Assembly: GCA_903813345.2 (NCBI GenBank) | Contig: CAIIXF020000001.1 | Span: forward strand, 4,526,001 to 4,590,000 | Length of the DNA: 64,000 bases | Origin: Owenia fusiformis | Taxonomy: Eukaryota | Reading direction: 5' to 3' | Shown here: positions 40,201 to 52,541 of the stretch, piece after piece | How the letters are laid out: every line of letters begins with the position of its first letter | Position numbering within the stretch: position 1 is the first letter of the stretch | Notes under the pieces: model-generated | Databases searched by the model: none | Seen by the model: only the letters and a program-made list of their open reading frames with translations | What the model was told of the DNA's origin: nothing | Position numbers and translations under genes: made by a program

Positions 40201-43200
40201 GTTTGTTGTTATAACATTTTGGGGCATATATGCAGTGGATCGGGAGCTTGTATACCCTACACACCTAGATAAGATTATCCCAGTCTGGTTAAATCATGTT
40301 ATGGTAAGTATCTTTTCACAGTGGTTGGAATCGAATTACTCCTCACTATTGAGTATACTCCCTTGACTATTAATTTACTCGAAGGAGGATTGGCATCCAT
40401 GATTCCCAAGTAATATTTGTCAGTGGAGGATATGCTCCCATAATTCCCAACCAACATTATTTATTTATGCAAATGTGACCTAGGCATAGATGAACTTGTT
40501 TCAAAGGTTTTGTACTTAATTCTTCGTAATTATTATCTTTTTCATAACTATTAGACCATCCACCCAGCCACTGAACAATTTTTTTATGAAATTGTTCCAA
40601 AAATGATTTTCTTCTATAAAGCCTCCGTCACATTTGCTTTATGGTGGCTATAGCTTCACAAAATCGATGTAGAAAATCTACATTGTACTGCTTATCCTTG
40701 TGATTTATGCTGCATATTTATCTCAATTTTGGGAACCTTTGGCTGCCTTACGGTTGCCATAGATCAAATTTGACTGATACCTCAGTGAAATAAAGTGAAC
40801 AGACATACTTCAGTGCAAAACATTCATCCACACTGAACCTGTTGATAGCTCACTATTTTATATAAAGACATCTATATAAAGTAAAACGTGTAAAGTGGAA
40901 CACCTCTATAAGTGGAACACCTCCATGTGGAACACTTCAGAGGTACCATTTTAGGTGTTCCACTTACATAGGTTTTACTGTATAATAGCACAATTTGTAT
41001 TATATTTAATTTGATAGAGGAAGCATAATCATCTACCATTTGCACTTGCTGTATATGTTATATATAAGAAAATGTTTTAAAATACATGTTATTAATATTT
41101 GAATTTGTATTTTCATGCAATAAGTTAACAATTAGTAATAATATAGAAAAATATCTATTCTGTTCGATTGAATTAAGTAACAGCCTACTTGTGTCACTTG
41201 ATGTATAAAATATCTGCACATCAAGGATCCTTTCATGACTTATTTTACACTTCCAGCATACTACAATTCTGCCAATCCTGTTGATAGAGAAGTACCTTGT
41301 CTACCATGAATACCCAACATTCAAGAAAGGGGTCACCATCACAGCAGGGGTTGGCCTAACATACCTAACATGGTAACATATTCATATATTTAATTTGATA
41401 TAAAAAATTGTCATCCACCAACTCTCATGAATTAACCAAGATACAGAAGTTTCTTTTGCACCATTTTATACTAAACAGGTTTATGAGCCAAACATATGTT
41501 CCAAATTTGCTTGTAATATGGAGCATAAGTAGTTTCCCAAAGATGGGTGCAAACTCAGTTTCTCATTTCTGATTAGACCTGATCAAAATATGCCAACTTT
41601 TGCATTGCATTATCAAGTGCATGTACATGGGTTTTGAAGTGGGTGTGAGTATTTTCTTGGATCAGTACCTTAATCACTGCAGACATCTCATTCTGTTTTC
41701 AGGGTATTCTGGATAGCATTCTACAAAAACTTCTGGGTGTATCCAGTGTTAGAAGTCCTAAGTTGGGGTGGACGACTTGCCTTTATTGGAGGACTTCTTG
41801 TAATGCTCATATTTATATACTCTTCTGGACAGGCATTTACTAATAAAATATGGAGTAAGTGAATCTTTATTAAACACAATCTCAAGTTTTTTCATTGTAA
41901 CTCTCTTTGGGAGGGAGGGGGTATAAAAGTACAAATATTTGGTTAGTTTGGTTTTCTGCTACTTGCACTTTATTTAACATGTAAAATATATTGTTGATGA
42001 CTCTATCACTCTTAAACAATCATTTTGTCCCTTTCCATTTTGTGTAGCAAAGTAATTAAATGATATCACTAGAAATGATCTGATATCCCATGATTACAAT
42101 CAAAAAGTCCAAAAATTTGAAAAATCAAAATTTGTTCGGTTGATAAACATTATGAGGCTGATAAACAATTTTCTAAAAAACATTACATGGATCTCCATAA
42201 TATCAGAAATATCATTGCACAGAAAACACAACAATAGTGGGATAACATTTTTATGTCACCATCAAAAAGTGTCGACATATTTTTATGGTCTCCATTTTTT
42301 GTGACGGCGGATTGTGGTTGGCAATCGGTGGGTGGCGGTTGGTGGTAGGTGTCTGTTACAATTTCTTAAAACTTCCAATAACTTAACAAATACTGTTTAA
42401 ACTTCAGTTTTTTTCAAAATCATCTACAAGTTTTCAGAAGTTTAAAACTGACTTTATGTTTAAGATTTGACCTTTCCAAGGTCAAGAAAAGGTAAAAAAG
42501 GTCTTTTTTCAACTAGCTTCAAATTGACCATTTTTTCAAAATCAATTAGAAGCTCAAAAGTTCAAATCTGACTATAGGCTAATTTTTTCAAGTTGCTTCA
42601 AATTGACCAATTTTTTCAAGATTGTCTACAAGTTCTCAGAAGTTCAAATCTGACTTTGGGTTTGAGATTCCACTTTCAATGACCTTCTCAGGGTCAAAAA
42701 AGTTTTTTCAAGTTGCTTCAAATCTACAACTTCTCAGAAATTCAAATCTGACTTAAGATTGAATAATATTGTGAGCAACTTGGTGGTGACATTTTGTCAT
42801 GTTAATGCCTTGTTTGTAAACATGTTGATATTTAGGTGTGTAACCAGGCACATGCAAGCAAAAAATAAATTGGTGTAAAAAATAAAAAAGTAAGGCAAAA
42901 TATTTTGTTTCATAATCTTTCCTTGAAGACTTCTTCATTACAAAGTCTGATATTGCTCAAAACGCACCATTTAAAGCTGGACTTTGCCCCGAAACACAAT
43001 CTTGGGTTGTTTCGGGGGTGAACTTTATCATTTTGAGCTTAATGAAAGATTATAGAATGATGAACAAATGGGGCAAATCTTGTGTAGAAATACTTACGAT
43101 AAATGTGTCATTTCAAAGATTTTTCATTGAATTGGAAAGGTTTCTAAATGAAGAACGTGACGTCACTTCCGAATCATAGCATTCAAAATAAGTAGCGTTT

Positions 43201-44104
43201 AATTACTTCCACCATACATAATATCACAGTGGTCTAGCGGTAGAATGCTCGCTAAGCACACGGGAGGCCCGGGTTCGAATCCCGTGATCGCCTTTTTATT
43301 TTTTTAACTAAATGATTGTTCTTTGATATTACGCTGAAAAAACAATTTTTATTTACATAAACTTTATATTAGAGCTTGAAAATGTAAAAACCATATATGT
43401 CAACATATTGCGTTTTGGAGCGATGTGCAGGTTTAAGGTCTAAAATCAAAAAATTTCTGAGAGCATCCCCCTAGTCTTGCTCGGCCTTCGGCCTCGTGTA
43501 CCTGCTATCAAAATCCTTGTTACACCACTGATATTAATTTCAAAACAAGTAAGGGCAGTTGATATTGACTGCAGTGATAAAAGAAGCATACAGAAAATCA
43601 TACTACAATGATATCAGAATAACCAGTATGAATATTTGTATAATTAATTAGAAATATGAATTTTATATTGAGATCTCCTTTTAGGCTCTTGGTACAAATA
43701 TCAATTGACTGACACCACCATACATATACATGTATGTGTGGAATAGTCATTAAAATCAAAATAATACACGTTTTGTCAAATTATTTCTAATGTAAACAAT
43801 TACAATCAATTTCAATTAGCTAATTGCCAAGGTTTTACAACATTAGGGGCAATTTAATATACATATGTTTGCAAATAAATAAATAATAAATAATGAAGGT
43901 TATCTCATGGGCCAGGATGTTAACAAAAGTTGAAGATGTTGGTCAATGCAGAAAGAAATCAATGCTGGTTATTATAAGATCATATTGGCATCATTTAGCC
44001 TATTTCCTCATGAATCATTTACATGTACATGTATTGTATTTGTTATTTCAGATGTATCTAAACAGAGACCTTCTAAACAAAGACAATTTCAGAAACAAAG
44101 TTAG
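31216..44104 (+). CDS. AIG1: AIG1/ADTRP (FAR-17a) family transmembrane threonine hydrolase
   Basis: Exon 1a 31216-31356 (...[14 protein letters not shown]) or 1b 34252-34437 (...[13 protein letters not shown]); exon 2 36636-36779 (...[16 protein letters not shown]); exon 3a 38962-39063 or 3b 40202-40303 ([14 protein letters not shown]); exon 4 41257-41372 ([11 protein letters not shown]); exon 5 41703-41854 (WVYPVL); exon 6 44052-44104; AATAAA near 44476. Confidence 0.92.
31880..32250. repeat. ~39-bp minisatellite arranged as two inverted arrays (foldback)
   Basis: Left units ...TATTTAGCATTGTCAC(G/A)GTTGT(A/T)CCAGACTTT; right units are their reverse complement. Confidence 0.8.
32987..33550. 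mobile_element. Decayed Tc1-like TIR element
   Basis: GGGTGAGACAAAAATTGCCACCCACTAATTT / AAATTAGTGGGTGCCATTTTTTGTGTCACCC imperfect inverted termini. Confidence 0.6.
34497..35328. mobile_element. TTAA-flanked non-autonomous element (Kolobok-like)
   Basis: TTAA|AGGCCCC...AAGTTT and AAACTT...GGGGACT|TTAA imperfect TIRs. Confidence 0.5.
35399..36416 (-). mobile_element. Internally deleted mariner element with transposase remnants
   Basis: TA-flanked TIRs CGAGGGGG..ATTCATAAGTAGTGGGAC. Minus strand encodes a decayed N-terminal HTH ([29 protein letters not shown]) joined to a C-terminal [19 protein letters not shown], with stops. Confidence 0.88.
37057..38822. mobile_element. Tc1/mariner-like non-autonomous element
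   Basis: TA|CAGGGTGGTCCAAAAAGTGAACCCCT ... AGGGGTTCACTTTTTTGGACCACCCT; TA flanks. Confidence 0.85.
37180..38034. mobile_element. Mutator-like MITE nested in the Tc1-like element
   Basis: TIRs TAGTCATATAAATCCGAC / GTCAGATTTATATGACTA, long imperfect inner IRs, perfect 9-bp TSD GAGTTTTAC (37171-37179, 38035-38043). Confidence 0.85.
42253..42815 (+). mobile_element. HINE-like element with internal ~120-bp satellite monomers
   Basis: ATGTCACCA(C/T)CAAAAAGTG..GACATA 5' end, repeated AAATCATCTACAAGTTCTCAGAAGTTCAAATCTGAC units, 3' GGTGGTGACATTTTGTCATGTTAATGCCTTG. Confidence 0.75.
43221..43291 (+). pseudogene. tRNA-like sequence (tRNA pseudogene or SINE head; Ala-AGC-like loop)
   Basis: A-box GTGGTCTAGCGG, B-box GGTTCGAATCC, partial acceptor stem ATCAC/GTGAT, downstream T-run. 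The anticodon arm is imperfect and lacks U33. Confidence 0.6.
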
Positions 44105-45093
44105 AACATACAGTATTTATTAGAACAGTGTAAGAAAGGAAAACTCTACAGTATATGGATATTATGATTACATGGATTAGTGTTGCTCATAAAGGGACAA
44201 TTGGAGCAGCTATGGGTTATTGCAGCGTGAAAATTAAAATATTGTAAGAATTAAAAGTATTCTTTATTAAATGTCCATTCATTCCTTATGGGTGGTAGGG
44301 TGGTAAATCTAATTTTTTACATTGCATCTCAGATAAAGATAATCACATGCATATAGAAAATACAAGATGTAACTTGTGCATGTCTCTTTGCCTTTATATA
44401 GACTACTAAGTGGCTAATGTGTATTGTAAGAGTCTGAAGCCATTTGTATATAGAACAAGAGTGTTTTATATCATTAATAAATAAAATATGAAATAATTCC
44501 GGAAAGTTTTGTTTTGTATCTTCGTTTCGTGAAGTTGTATTGATTTCTTTAGTAACTCTTTCAGCTCATATTAACATACTGTAAATTGCTTTTATTTGAC
44601 CGCTGTTTTAATTTGGCGGATTGATTAAACCGCCAAATTAAGTTTTCTCCAATTTTTTGAGAAATCCCTGGGGATTTTCATTCAGTGACTTTTCCATTTT
44701 GTTGAAAATCTGAACAAACATGGATAAAGTGTTCAATTGTCCAAATGAAATAGCCCCAAATGAAAGCAATTTACAATAAATCTAATTTCTATATGATTAG
44801 GCCTACTGTTTACTGTTATGGGTAAACCTTTCCTTGCTGATTTTCTATATTATGGTTTTCAAAAGGATTAAATTTCAAAATTGTCTTCTTTGTTTAAATG
44901 TCCTATCTGTGTACTTATTAATTGATTAAAACGATTATTTGAATGAAAGATATTGCTTAGCTATGAATCTTTTATTTTTTAATAAATGTGGTGATGTTGA
45001 AATGAACTGAGAAACTGTAGCCGATAATTAAAAACATATATTTTGCACACATTTGGAGCAAAGATTTGAGGGAGAAAAATGTTTGGTAGAAAA

Positions 45094-46290
45094 ATGCCAA
45101 GTGCTACAGAAAAAGGTATATAGATGTAAACTGAAATATTCTCTCAAGACTGATTTCATATCGGAAGATTTTCCTTGGATTAAATCAGCTGCTAGTAAAT
45201 GTGCTCATTTTGAATGGAATTAAATGATTGTGATAAACTTCCTTTCAAGGTTCTTTTTGAAGGTGTTATATTTCAATAAAATTATACTGTACTATTGTGG
45301 TTATTATTCTAAGATTTTATTTTTGTAAGATTAGTGTCAGTGTTAAATAATTAATGATTTGTTAAAATTTGTACATTTTATTTCAGCGTTTTTCACTGTT
45401 TTTGTTGTTGCCAGCATCTTCTATGTGCTCTATGCTGTCATGATGGTACGTCGCTGGGAATTCACATTTCCTGTGGATTACACCTCAATAACCAATTGCT
45501 CACGATGTGGATGCACAGCAATGAAGAAGCAGCATTACATCATTTTGGCAATTCCTCGGAGTGGTTCAACTATGCTTAATGATATTATATGTCAGCATCC
45601 AGATATTGGATGCACTGACGAACCTCTACATATTGAAGAGTTGCTGCCAAGGGGCCTTATGGGAGCCTCCTCAGATAATGTAATGCAATACCTGCTACAA
45701 TCGGTTCATAAACTGGATTGTAATAAAGTTTATGGGTTCAAAGTTTTCACAGACCATTTATACGAGGCTAATATACCACTCAAAGATTTGATCAGGATAT
45801 TGAATAAACCTAAAATTATTTTACTTACAGAAAAAATATATTGGAGTCATTTGTTTCATTAAAAATCAGTCTAAGGACAAAAATTTGGAATATTCACTTG
45901 GATAGCCTGAAAAAAATTCCTCTCCCAACACCTCAAAATGTCACCCTCGCTTTGGACGAATATGTTTACTGGACAAGTAAAATTGAAAAGCGCTGGAAGG
46001 GGCCTCTTAAGGAGTTTGATACATACCCCAATAATATGAAAACCATGGTGACATATACGGACATAACTGAAAACAGGGATGTTATTATACCAAAACTTGT
46101 AGAGTTTTTAGGGTTCAAACCACAGTATTTTAGTCCAATGAATATTAAATTGAATCCAGCGCCGCTGGAAGATAAAATTGCAAATTATGGGGAGTTCATG
46201 GCTCAGTTAGAGAAACACAATGTTTCAATGTATCTAGATGTAGCACAAATGCTTCGATCAATTCATAAAACAAATGCTCGGAAACATTGA
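45094..46290 (+). pseudogene. Stf0/NodH-like sulfotransferase copy 1, 1-nt frameshift near 45827
   Basis: Mini exon 45094-45115 (MPSATEK) plus exon from 45387; PAPS loop IPRSGSTML. CTTACAGAA versus copy 2 CTTTATAGA shifts the frame; the rest is colinear with copy 2. Confidence 0.8.
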
Positions 46291-46635
46291 ATTTGAAAAT
46301 ATACTTTGTCTCCACTGCAAATGAACAAATGTTGATGAATCAAAGTGCATGTAAATGTTTGATTTCATGTAGGTATAGTTGTACAGTATTTCAAGTGGAA
46401 CAAATGTTGAATCGAAGTACAGTACTGGTACATGTAAATGATTAATTTCATGTAGGTATTTATTTCTACAATTGATTTAATGACCTTTGCATTACAACTA
46501 TTTTCAATGAAAATGTAAATTCACTTTGTGTGAGCCTACTTCCAGTTTACTTAATCTGTAATCGTGTGTGGAGAGTGAAGTTATTTCCAAAAGAAAAATG
46601 TCAAATAAAAATGTTTCGGTATCAGATTATGTTAA

Positions 46636-46926
46636 CCTCTTGAATCCCAGGCTTTAAAATCGCTTGAAACCAGAGATTTTTTCATTTTTGCCACCTCTTT
46701 TCATTATACTACATACCTATACCACTTCAGATGCTCAATTAAGTAAAATTAGACGGCAGAGATCATTTCTACACATTTTAAAACACTTTTTGTGTAAATT
46801 GGATGAAAAATGTTCAAATAAGAGCAATTTTAGTGAAAAATTTTGTGACGGATTTTCTCGTCACTCTGGGTTTCAAGGTCATTTCTAAGGTGACGAGAAA
46901 TCTCGTCACTCCAGGTAGTCAAGAGG
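46636..46926. mobile_element. piggyBac-like MITE
   Basis: TTAA|CCTCTTGA ... TCAAGAGG|TTAA. Confidence 0.75.
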
Positions 46927-47478
46927 TTAACAATATTTTATTTATTTTGACCTGCTTCTTTAGGATTGATGCCATTTGTATGACATAAAACGAGTGTATA
47001 ATATCATTAAAATAAAACGTAACATTATTCATCCAGCAAGTTTTCTTTTGAAATTTCGTTTGATGTGGAATCAATTTTTAGTTAAAGTTTTGTTTGAAAT
47101 CATATCAACCCTTTCAGTCGGAGTCACCCTTGCAGCTCACATTCACATAAACCTGGATTACTGTTTACAGGTTTAACATTATCTTGCTAATTTTATACAT
47201 GAAGGGTTGCAAACAGGTTAAAAGGTCAGCATAATGGATGTTGTTTAAATGGAATTCAAATGTCACATATGTGTGAAATCTATGTATATCAATGATTATT
47301 TGATGAATAGATAATGGTTATCTATTGATCTTTTGATTTTAAAATATGGTGATGTTGAAATGAACTGAGGTATTAGTGAGATATTTACAATTAAGAACAC
47401 ATATTTTGTGTGCATAATAGTAGTAAAGATTTGAGGTATTGTAGAAAATGTTGGATAAGGGAATTTATTTCTGAGAAA

Positions 47479-49383
47479 ATGCCGAGTGCTGCAGAAAAAG
47501 GTATATTAATTGAATTATTCTCTCAAGAATGATAACATCTTGGAAGATTATTCATAGGAACATTTGCTACATACACTTGTCCAAAAGGAATTAAATGATT
47601 CATATAAACTTGTTTTCATTGTACTTTAAAAGTACTTTTTTGATAACAATGTATAAATTTTTATGTCACCACCAAAAAGTGGTGACATATTGTTATGGTA
47701 TCCGTTTTTTTGACGGAGGTTGGTGGATGGTGATCGGCATCTGTAACAAATTCTTATTTGAACTTTTGATTAAAATTGAACTTCTAATCCAATTTCTTTT
47801 AAAATCATCTACATGTTTTAAAATGTTCAAATCTGACTTTATATTTAAGATTTGACCTTCAATGACCTTTTCAAAGTCAAAAAGGTCTTTTTTCAACTTG
47901 CTTCAAATTGACCAATTTTTTTACAAAATTATCTACAAGTTATCAGAAGTTCAAATCTGACTAGATTTGAGATTTGACCTCAACAAAAAGGGCCTTTTTT
48001 TAACTTGCTTCAAATTGACCATTTTTTCAAAATCATCTACAAGTTCTCAGGTTCTCAACGGTTCAAATCTGACTATAAATTTGACCTTAAATGACATTCT
48101 TAAGGTCAAAAAAGATTTGACCTTCAATGACATTCTCACGGTCAAAAAGGTCTTTTTTCATCTTGCTTCAAATTGACCAATTTTTTTTGAAAATCATCTA
48201 CAAGTTCTTGGAAGTTCAAATCTGACTTTGGATTCGAGATTCGAGGGTCAAAAAGGTATTTTTCAACTTGCTTCAAATTGACCAATTTATTTTTTCAAAA
48301 TCATCTACAAGTTCTCAGAAATTCTAATCTGACTAAGATTGAACTCATAATATTGTGAGCAACAAGGTGGTGACATTTTGTCATGTTAATGCCTTGTATT
48401 TTTCTAAAAGAGCGACGCTATTACATTTTAAAATTATATTAATGATTCGTTATAGGTTCATACATTTTATTTCAGCGTTTTTCACTGTGTTTGTTGTTGC
48501 AAGCATTTTATATGCACTTTATGATGTCATGATGGTACGTCGCTGGGAATTCACATTTCCTGTGGATTACACCTCAATAACTAATTGCTCACGATGTGGA
48601 TGCATAGCAATGAAGAAGCAGCATTACATCATATTGGCAACGCCTCGGAGTGGATCAACCATGCTCAACTACATTCTATGTCAGCATCCAGATATCGGTT
48701 GCACTAATGAACCACTGCATAATAAGTTAGAGTTGCTGCCAAGGGACCTTGTTGGAGACTCCTTGGATAATATAATGCGATACCTGTTACGATCGGTTCA
48801 TAAACTGGATTGTAATAAAGTTTACGGGTTCAAAGTTTTCACAGACCATTTATACGAGGCTAATATACCATTAAAAGATTTGATCAGGATATTGAATAAA
48901 CCTAAAATTATTTTACTTTATAGAAAAAATATCTTGGAATCATTTGTTTCAATGAAAATCAGTCAAAGGACACAAATTTGGAATATTCACTTGGACGGCC
49001 CAAGAAGAAATCTACATCTACCGCCTCAAAATGTCACGCTTACTTGGGGTGGGTATGCTCTATGGAGAAGTAAAATTGAAAAGCGCTGGATAGAGCCTCT
49101 TAAGGAGTTTAATACATACCCCAATAATATGAAAACCATGGTGACATATACAGACCTAACTGAAAACAGGGATGTTGTTATACCAAAACTTGTTAAGTTT
49201 TTAGGGTTCAAACCACAGTATTTTAGTCCAATGAATATTAAATTGAATCCAGAGTCGCTTGAAGATAAAATTGCAAATTATGGGGAGTTCATGGCTCAGT
49301 TAGAGAAACACAATGTTTCAATGTATCTAGATGTAGCACAAATGCTTCGATCAATTCATAAAACAAATGCTTCAAAACATTGA
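47479..49383 (+). CDS. Stf0/NodH-like type II membrane sulfotransferase copy 2 (~309 aa)
   Basis: Exon 47479-47500 (MPSAAEK, phase 1) plus 48476-49383; N-terminal TM helix, 5'-PSB loop ATPRSGSTML, GFKVF, 3'-PB-type LYRKNILESFVS, VTYTDL. Confidence 0.88.
47661..48397 (+). mobile_element. HINE-like element with satellite array, in intron of sulfotransferase copy 2
   Basis: Same termini and monomers as 42253-42815; absent from the copy 1 intron. Confidence 0.8.
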
Positions 49384-50131
49384 ATTTGAGTATATACTTT
49401 GTATACTACTGCACACTACATTCCTATCGAATAGAGGAGTTTCTATACAGCTTTGAATCCTTGCTAATTCTCGTTTTTTATGAGATTATAAGAGATTTGC
49501 ATATTAAACCTCTTATGACTTTCTTTTCCTTATTTTTAAGAACATATTTGAAACAAGTGAAAAGTTTTTTACAATAACTTTGAATCATACAGTTATGTTT
49601 TTAAATATTTGCCGTCTTTTTCAACTTTTCTAAGAAAAGTGTGGTGAAAAGCTCCACTGATACAATGTTAAAATTCTTTGGTTTATTCTTTTGAATAAAA
49701 GTTTTCATGATAAATCCCAATAAGTGCATTAACAGGGTCATTCCACAGTAGACCATTCAGACTTGATTGATAAATCTTTACTTTAAAGGGGCTATTGCAA
49801 ATTTTTACGACTTAAGCCTATGAAAATCTGGCCCACCAAAAAAACAAGTGCTGACATCTATCTATTCAGCTGTTAAGCAACTCCTTTCTTATTGGTGCAA
49901 CAAAATTATGAGACCTTTGCATTAAAACTGTTTTAAATGATAATGTAATTCCATTTTGGGTGAGCTTAATTCCATTACTTCCTCTGGTCTGGAATATGTT
50001 TTATTATCAGATTATTTTAATAATACTTGATATTATAAAATAAAACAACAAACTATTTTTTACTTATCTTTTATGAAGCATTTCTTTTATTCTCAAGTTT
50101 CCAAACATTTTCTCTCAATAATCAGCCGTTT

Positions 50132-50265
50132 AACCAACACCATAACGTCGACAGTAGTTGAAGCATTACACAGTTATAGTACACGCCTTGGACCTCGAGG
50201 TAGTTGGTCTGCTAATGTAGCAATTATTATCAAGTGTTATGACATAGGTTGTAGTTGCACCATTG
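50132..50265. repeat. 134-bp block identical to 57826-57959
   Basis: Base-by-base match from AACCAACACCATAACGTCGAC to GTTGCACCATTG. Confidence 0.95.
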
Positions 50266-52348
50266 CAGAGAATAAAAACAATCTCTAGATTTTACATTAT
50301 TTAAGTTGCTTGAATTTTGTTGAAATTCTGCAAACACCAGAATTGTTGAATCGTTAAGGTTGCCATTAATTAAGTCTTGCTTCAAGCCCTTGTACTCCCC
50401 ACACATCTCATCTTGTAGATAGGGATGGGATTCAGAGACATGATACAAGACAAATCAAAATTTTGTCAGAATAGAAGATAAAAATAGCAACTAAGGTACA
50501 AAGTAAAATGTGTTCAAATGGTACACAGCTATAAGTCTCAGAAATCTATTTGTAACATTCTTCATTTTCAGGGTATTTGGCCAGTTATTAGAGAGGTTAA
50601 GCTACACATTAATATACAAATCATGGACCTGAATGTATGTGCTCATGCTAAAGGTTTTTATCACTGTTAGTCTAACTATACCATGGCCTATTGGTATCTT
50701 ATATTTTACAAGATGAAATAAATTGATCACATTTTTAAGTTGTCATTTCACCATTAAAAATATTCAAAATCGGTAATGAAGAACTAAACTTTATCATGTA
50801 CACTACAACTTAGCTAAAAGCAGTCACATAATGAGCTGCATACCAATCTCCACATGCTCTCTACTGACTTTTAGACTAATCTGATGTCATTTTTCTGTGT
50901 GTGCACTGAATTTCACGTCCACATTGTTGAATACCTGTAGCTTAACCTCTCTTAATTTCATTCTGTGTTTTGATTAATGCTTTAAAATATACAAATAATG
51001 TTTCCTTACAAATTGCAAATGTTGCATTAGGCATTGTGTATTCCAATGAGAGATGTAACTGTCATTAGATGGCAACCTTACATTGCATGAAATGTCCATC
51101 GAATAACAAAATCTCAAAATACAATGCACCACTATAACTATTAAAATATACTACTTGCTGAATGGTCATTCATGTAAGGATACAGGTTTCCACATAAAAT
51201 CTTGATTTAACCATCACAATGTACTTAATATTTAGTTTTATTAGAGTAATATTTACATATTTTTCCAATGTATCGGTTCATCTACAAATTGAATACACAG
51301 AATACAGTCTACCTGTAATATATCATAGAAACCAATTGATCATTTTTTATTAAGAAGCTTCTTATTGTCAAGATTGAAAGGTATTTTGAATAATTCTAAC
51401 CAGGTGCCATTTGAAAGCAGTTGCCATGCCTACCACAGTTACATGCACTGGTGCCATTTGAATGCACGCAAAAATGAAATTCATTTAGTCAATTCTAAAG
51501 GTTGCCATGCCTACCACGGTTACATGCACTTTGAATGGAGCAACTATGGCTGGTTGAATGATAATGCTTTAATGATTAAATTCTCTCAACGGGCAACTTG
51601 GAACTACTACTAACACTATTTTTTAATATTTTTTTGATTTTCAGATTTTTATCTATTAACTACAACGCTGTTATAAAATAAATACAATGCTGCAATAAAA
51701 TTTAAAATAAAATTTAAAAAAACAGAATACAAAGCTATACCTTTGTAACAAACAATACATACAATATAGAATACCATTCCAGTAAATTATGCTTCTTTTA
51801 TTAATAATAATGAATATGATGTCATTGTTGCAAGTTCCATTGTCAATAAGATACACAGTGCTCACCTTTCAAAACCTACTTCTTGCAAATTTTGTTCAGG
51901 ATTTATTGGAATGGTATCACAATAAGCCATGTCATTCCATTTCTCTTTGTTTAAGGTTTGTCCAAATTGATTGATCCCCAAATCCCAGGCTTTTTTAGAT
52001 CCGTTATCTCACATTTCATATAACTGAAACTTGTGGAGATGATATAAGCTGTGCCTGTTATTATACAGGGTGTCCATTACGTCTCTTAACACAGACTGTA
52101 TTGTAATTGTAGAGACTGTATGAATACCCTGTATGAATATGATGACCAACAGATCAATGTCTGTTACGCATGGGGAATAAATACATGATATCCATAACAG
52201 TTTACTTTGCAACACATTCAGATAAGCTCAGATAAAAAATAAACTACAGTAATAGTACCATAATATCAGAGCATGTTGCTAATGAAACAAAGATGAGATG
52301 ACTGAAAAGATATCTTAATACCATTAATTAACCTATGAACAAAGTGTG

Positions 52349-52411
52349 CAATGATGGCACAAGAGTGTACAATGATGGCACAAGAGTGTACAATGATGGT
52401 ACAAGAGTGTA
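52349..52411. repeat. 21-bp tandem repeat x3 downstream of Hsp70 cassette A stop
   Basis: AATGATGGCACAAGAGTGTAC units. Confidence 0.9.
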
Positions 52412-52541
52412 GAATTATGACACAAGGATAAGTAAACCTTGATCAAGGTTAGATGACAAAAATACACTAACACTGATGCCAATTACTAGTAATGTCTTAA
52501 TATTGTTCTACTGTTTTGATTAATGTTCTTTGTGAGGCATA

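Noticed and set aside
48355-48475. N-terminal extension of the 342-aa ORF
   Set aside because: It starts inside the 3' end of a repeat element and intron; the corresponding region of copy 1 has an indel and diverges upstream of the AG.
41854-48476. AIG1-sulfotransferase read-through fusion (AIG1 exon 5 donor and both sulfotransferase acceptors are phase 1)
   Set aside because: AIG1 has its own terminal exon and polyA signal, and each sulfotransferase has a conserved private start exon (MPSATEK / MPSAAEK). Phase match alone is weak evidence.
50230-50448. 72-aa Cys-containing ORF next to the 134-bp identical block
   Set aside because: Frame is not preserved in the paralogous region near 57930-58170, and there is no clear start or splice context.
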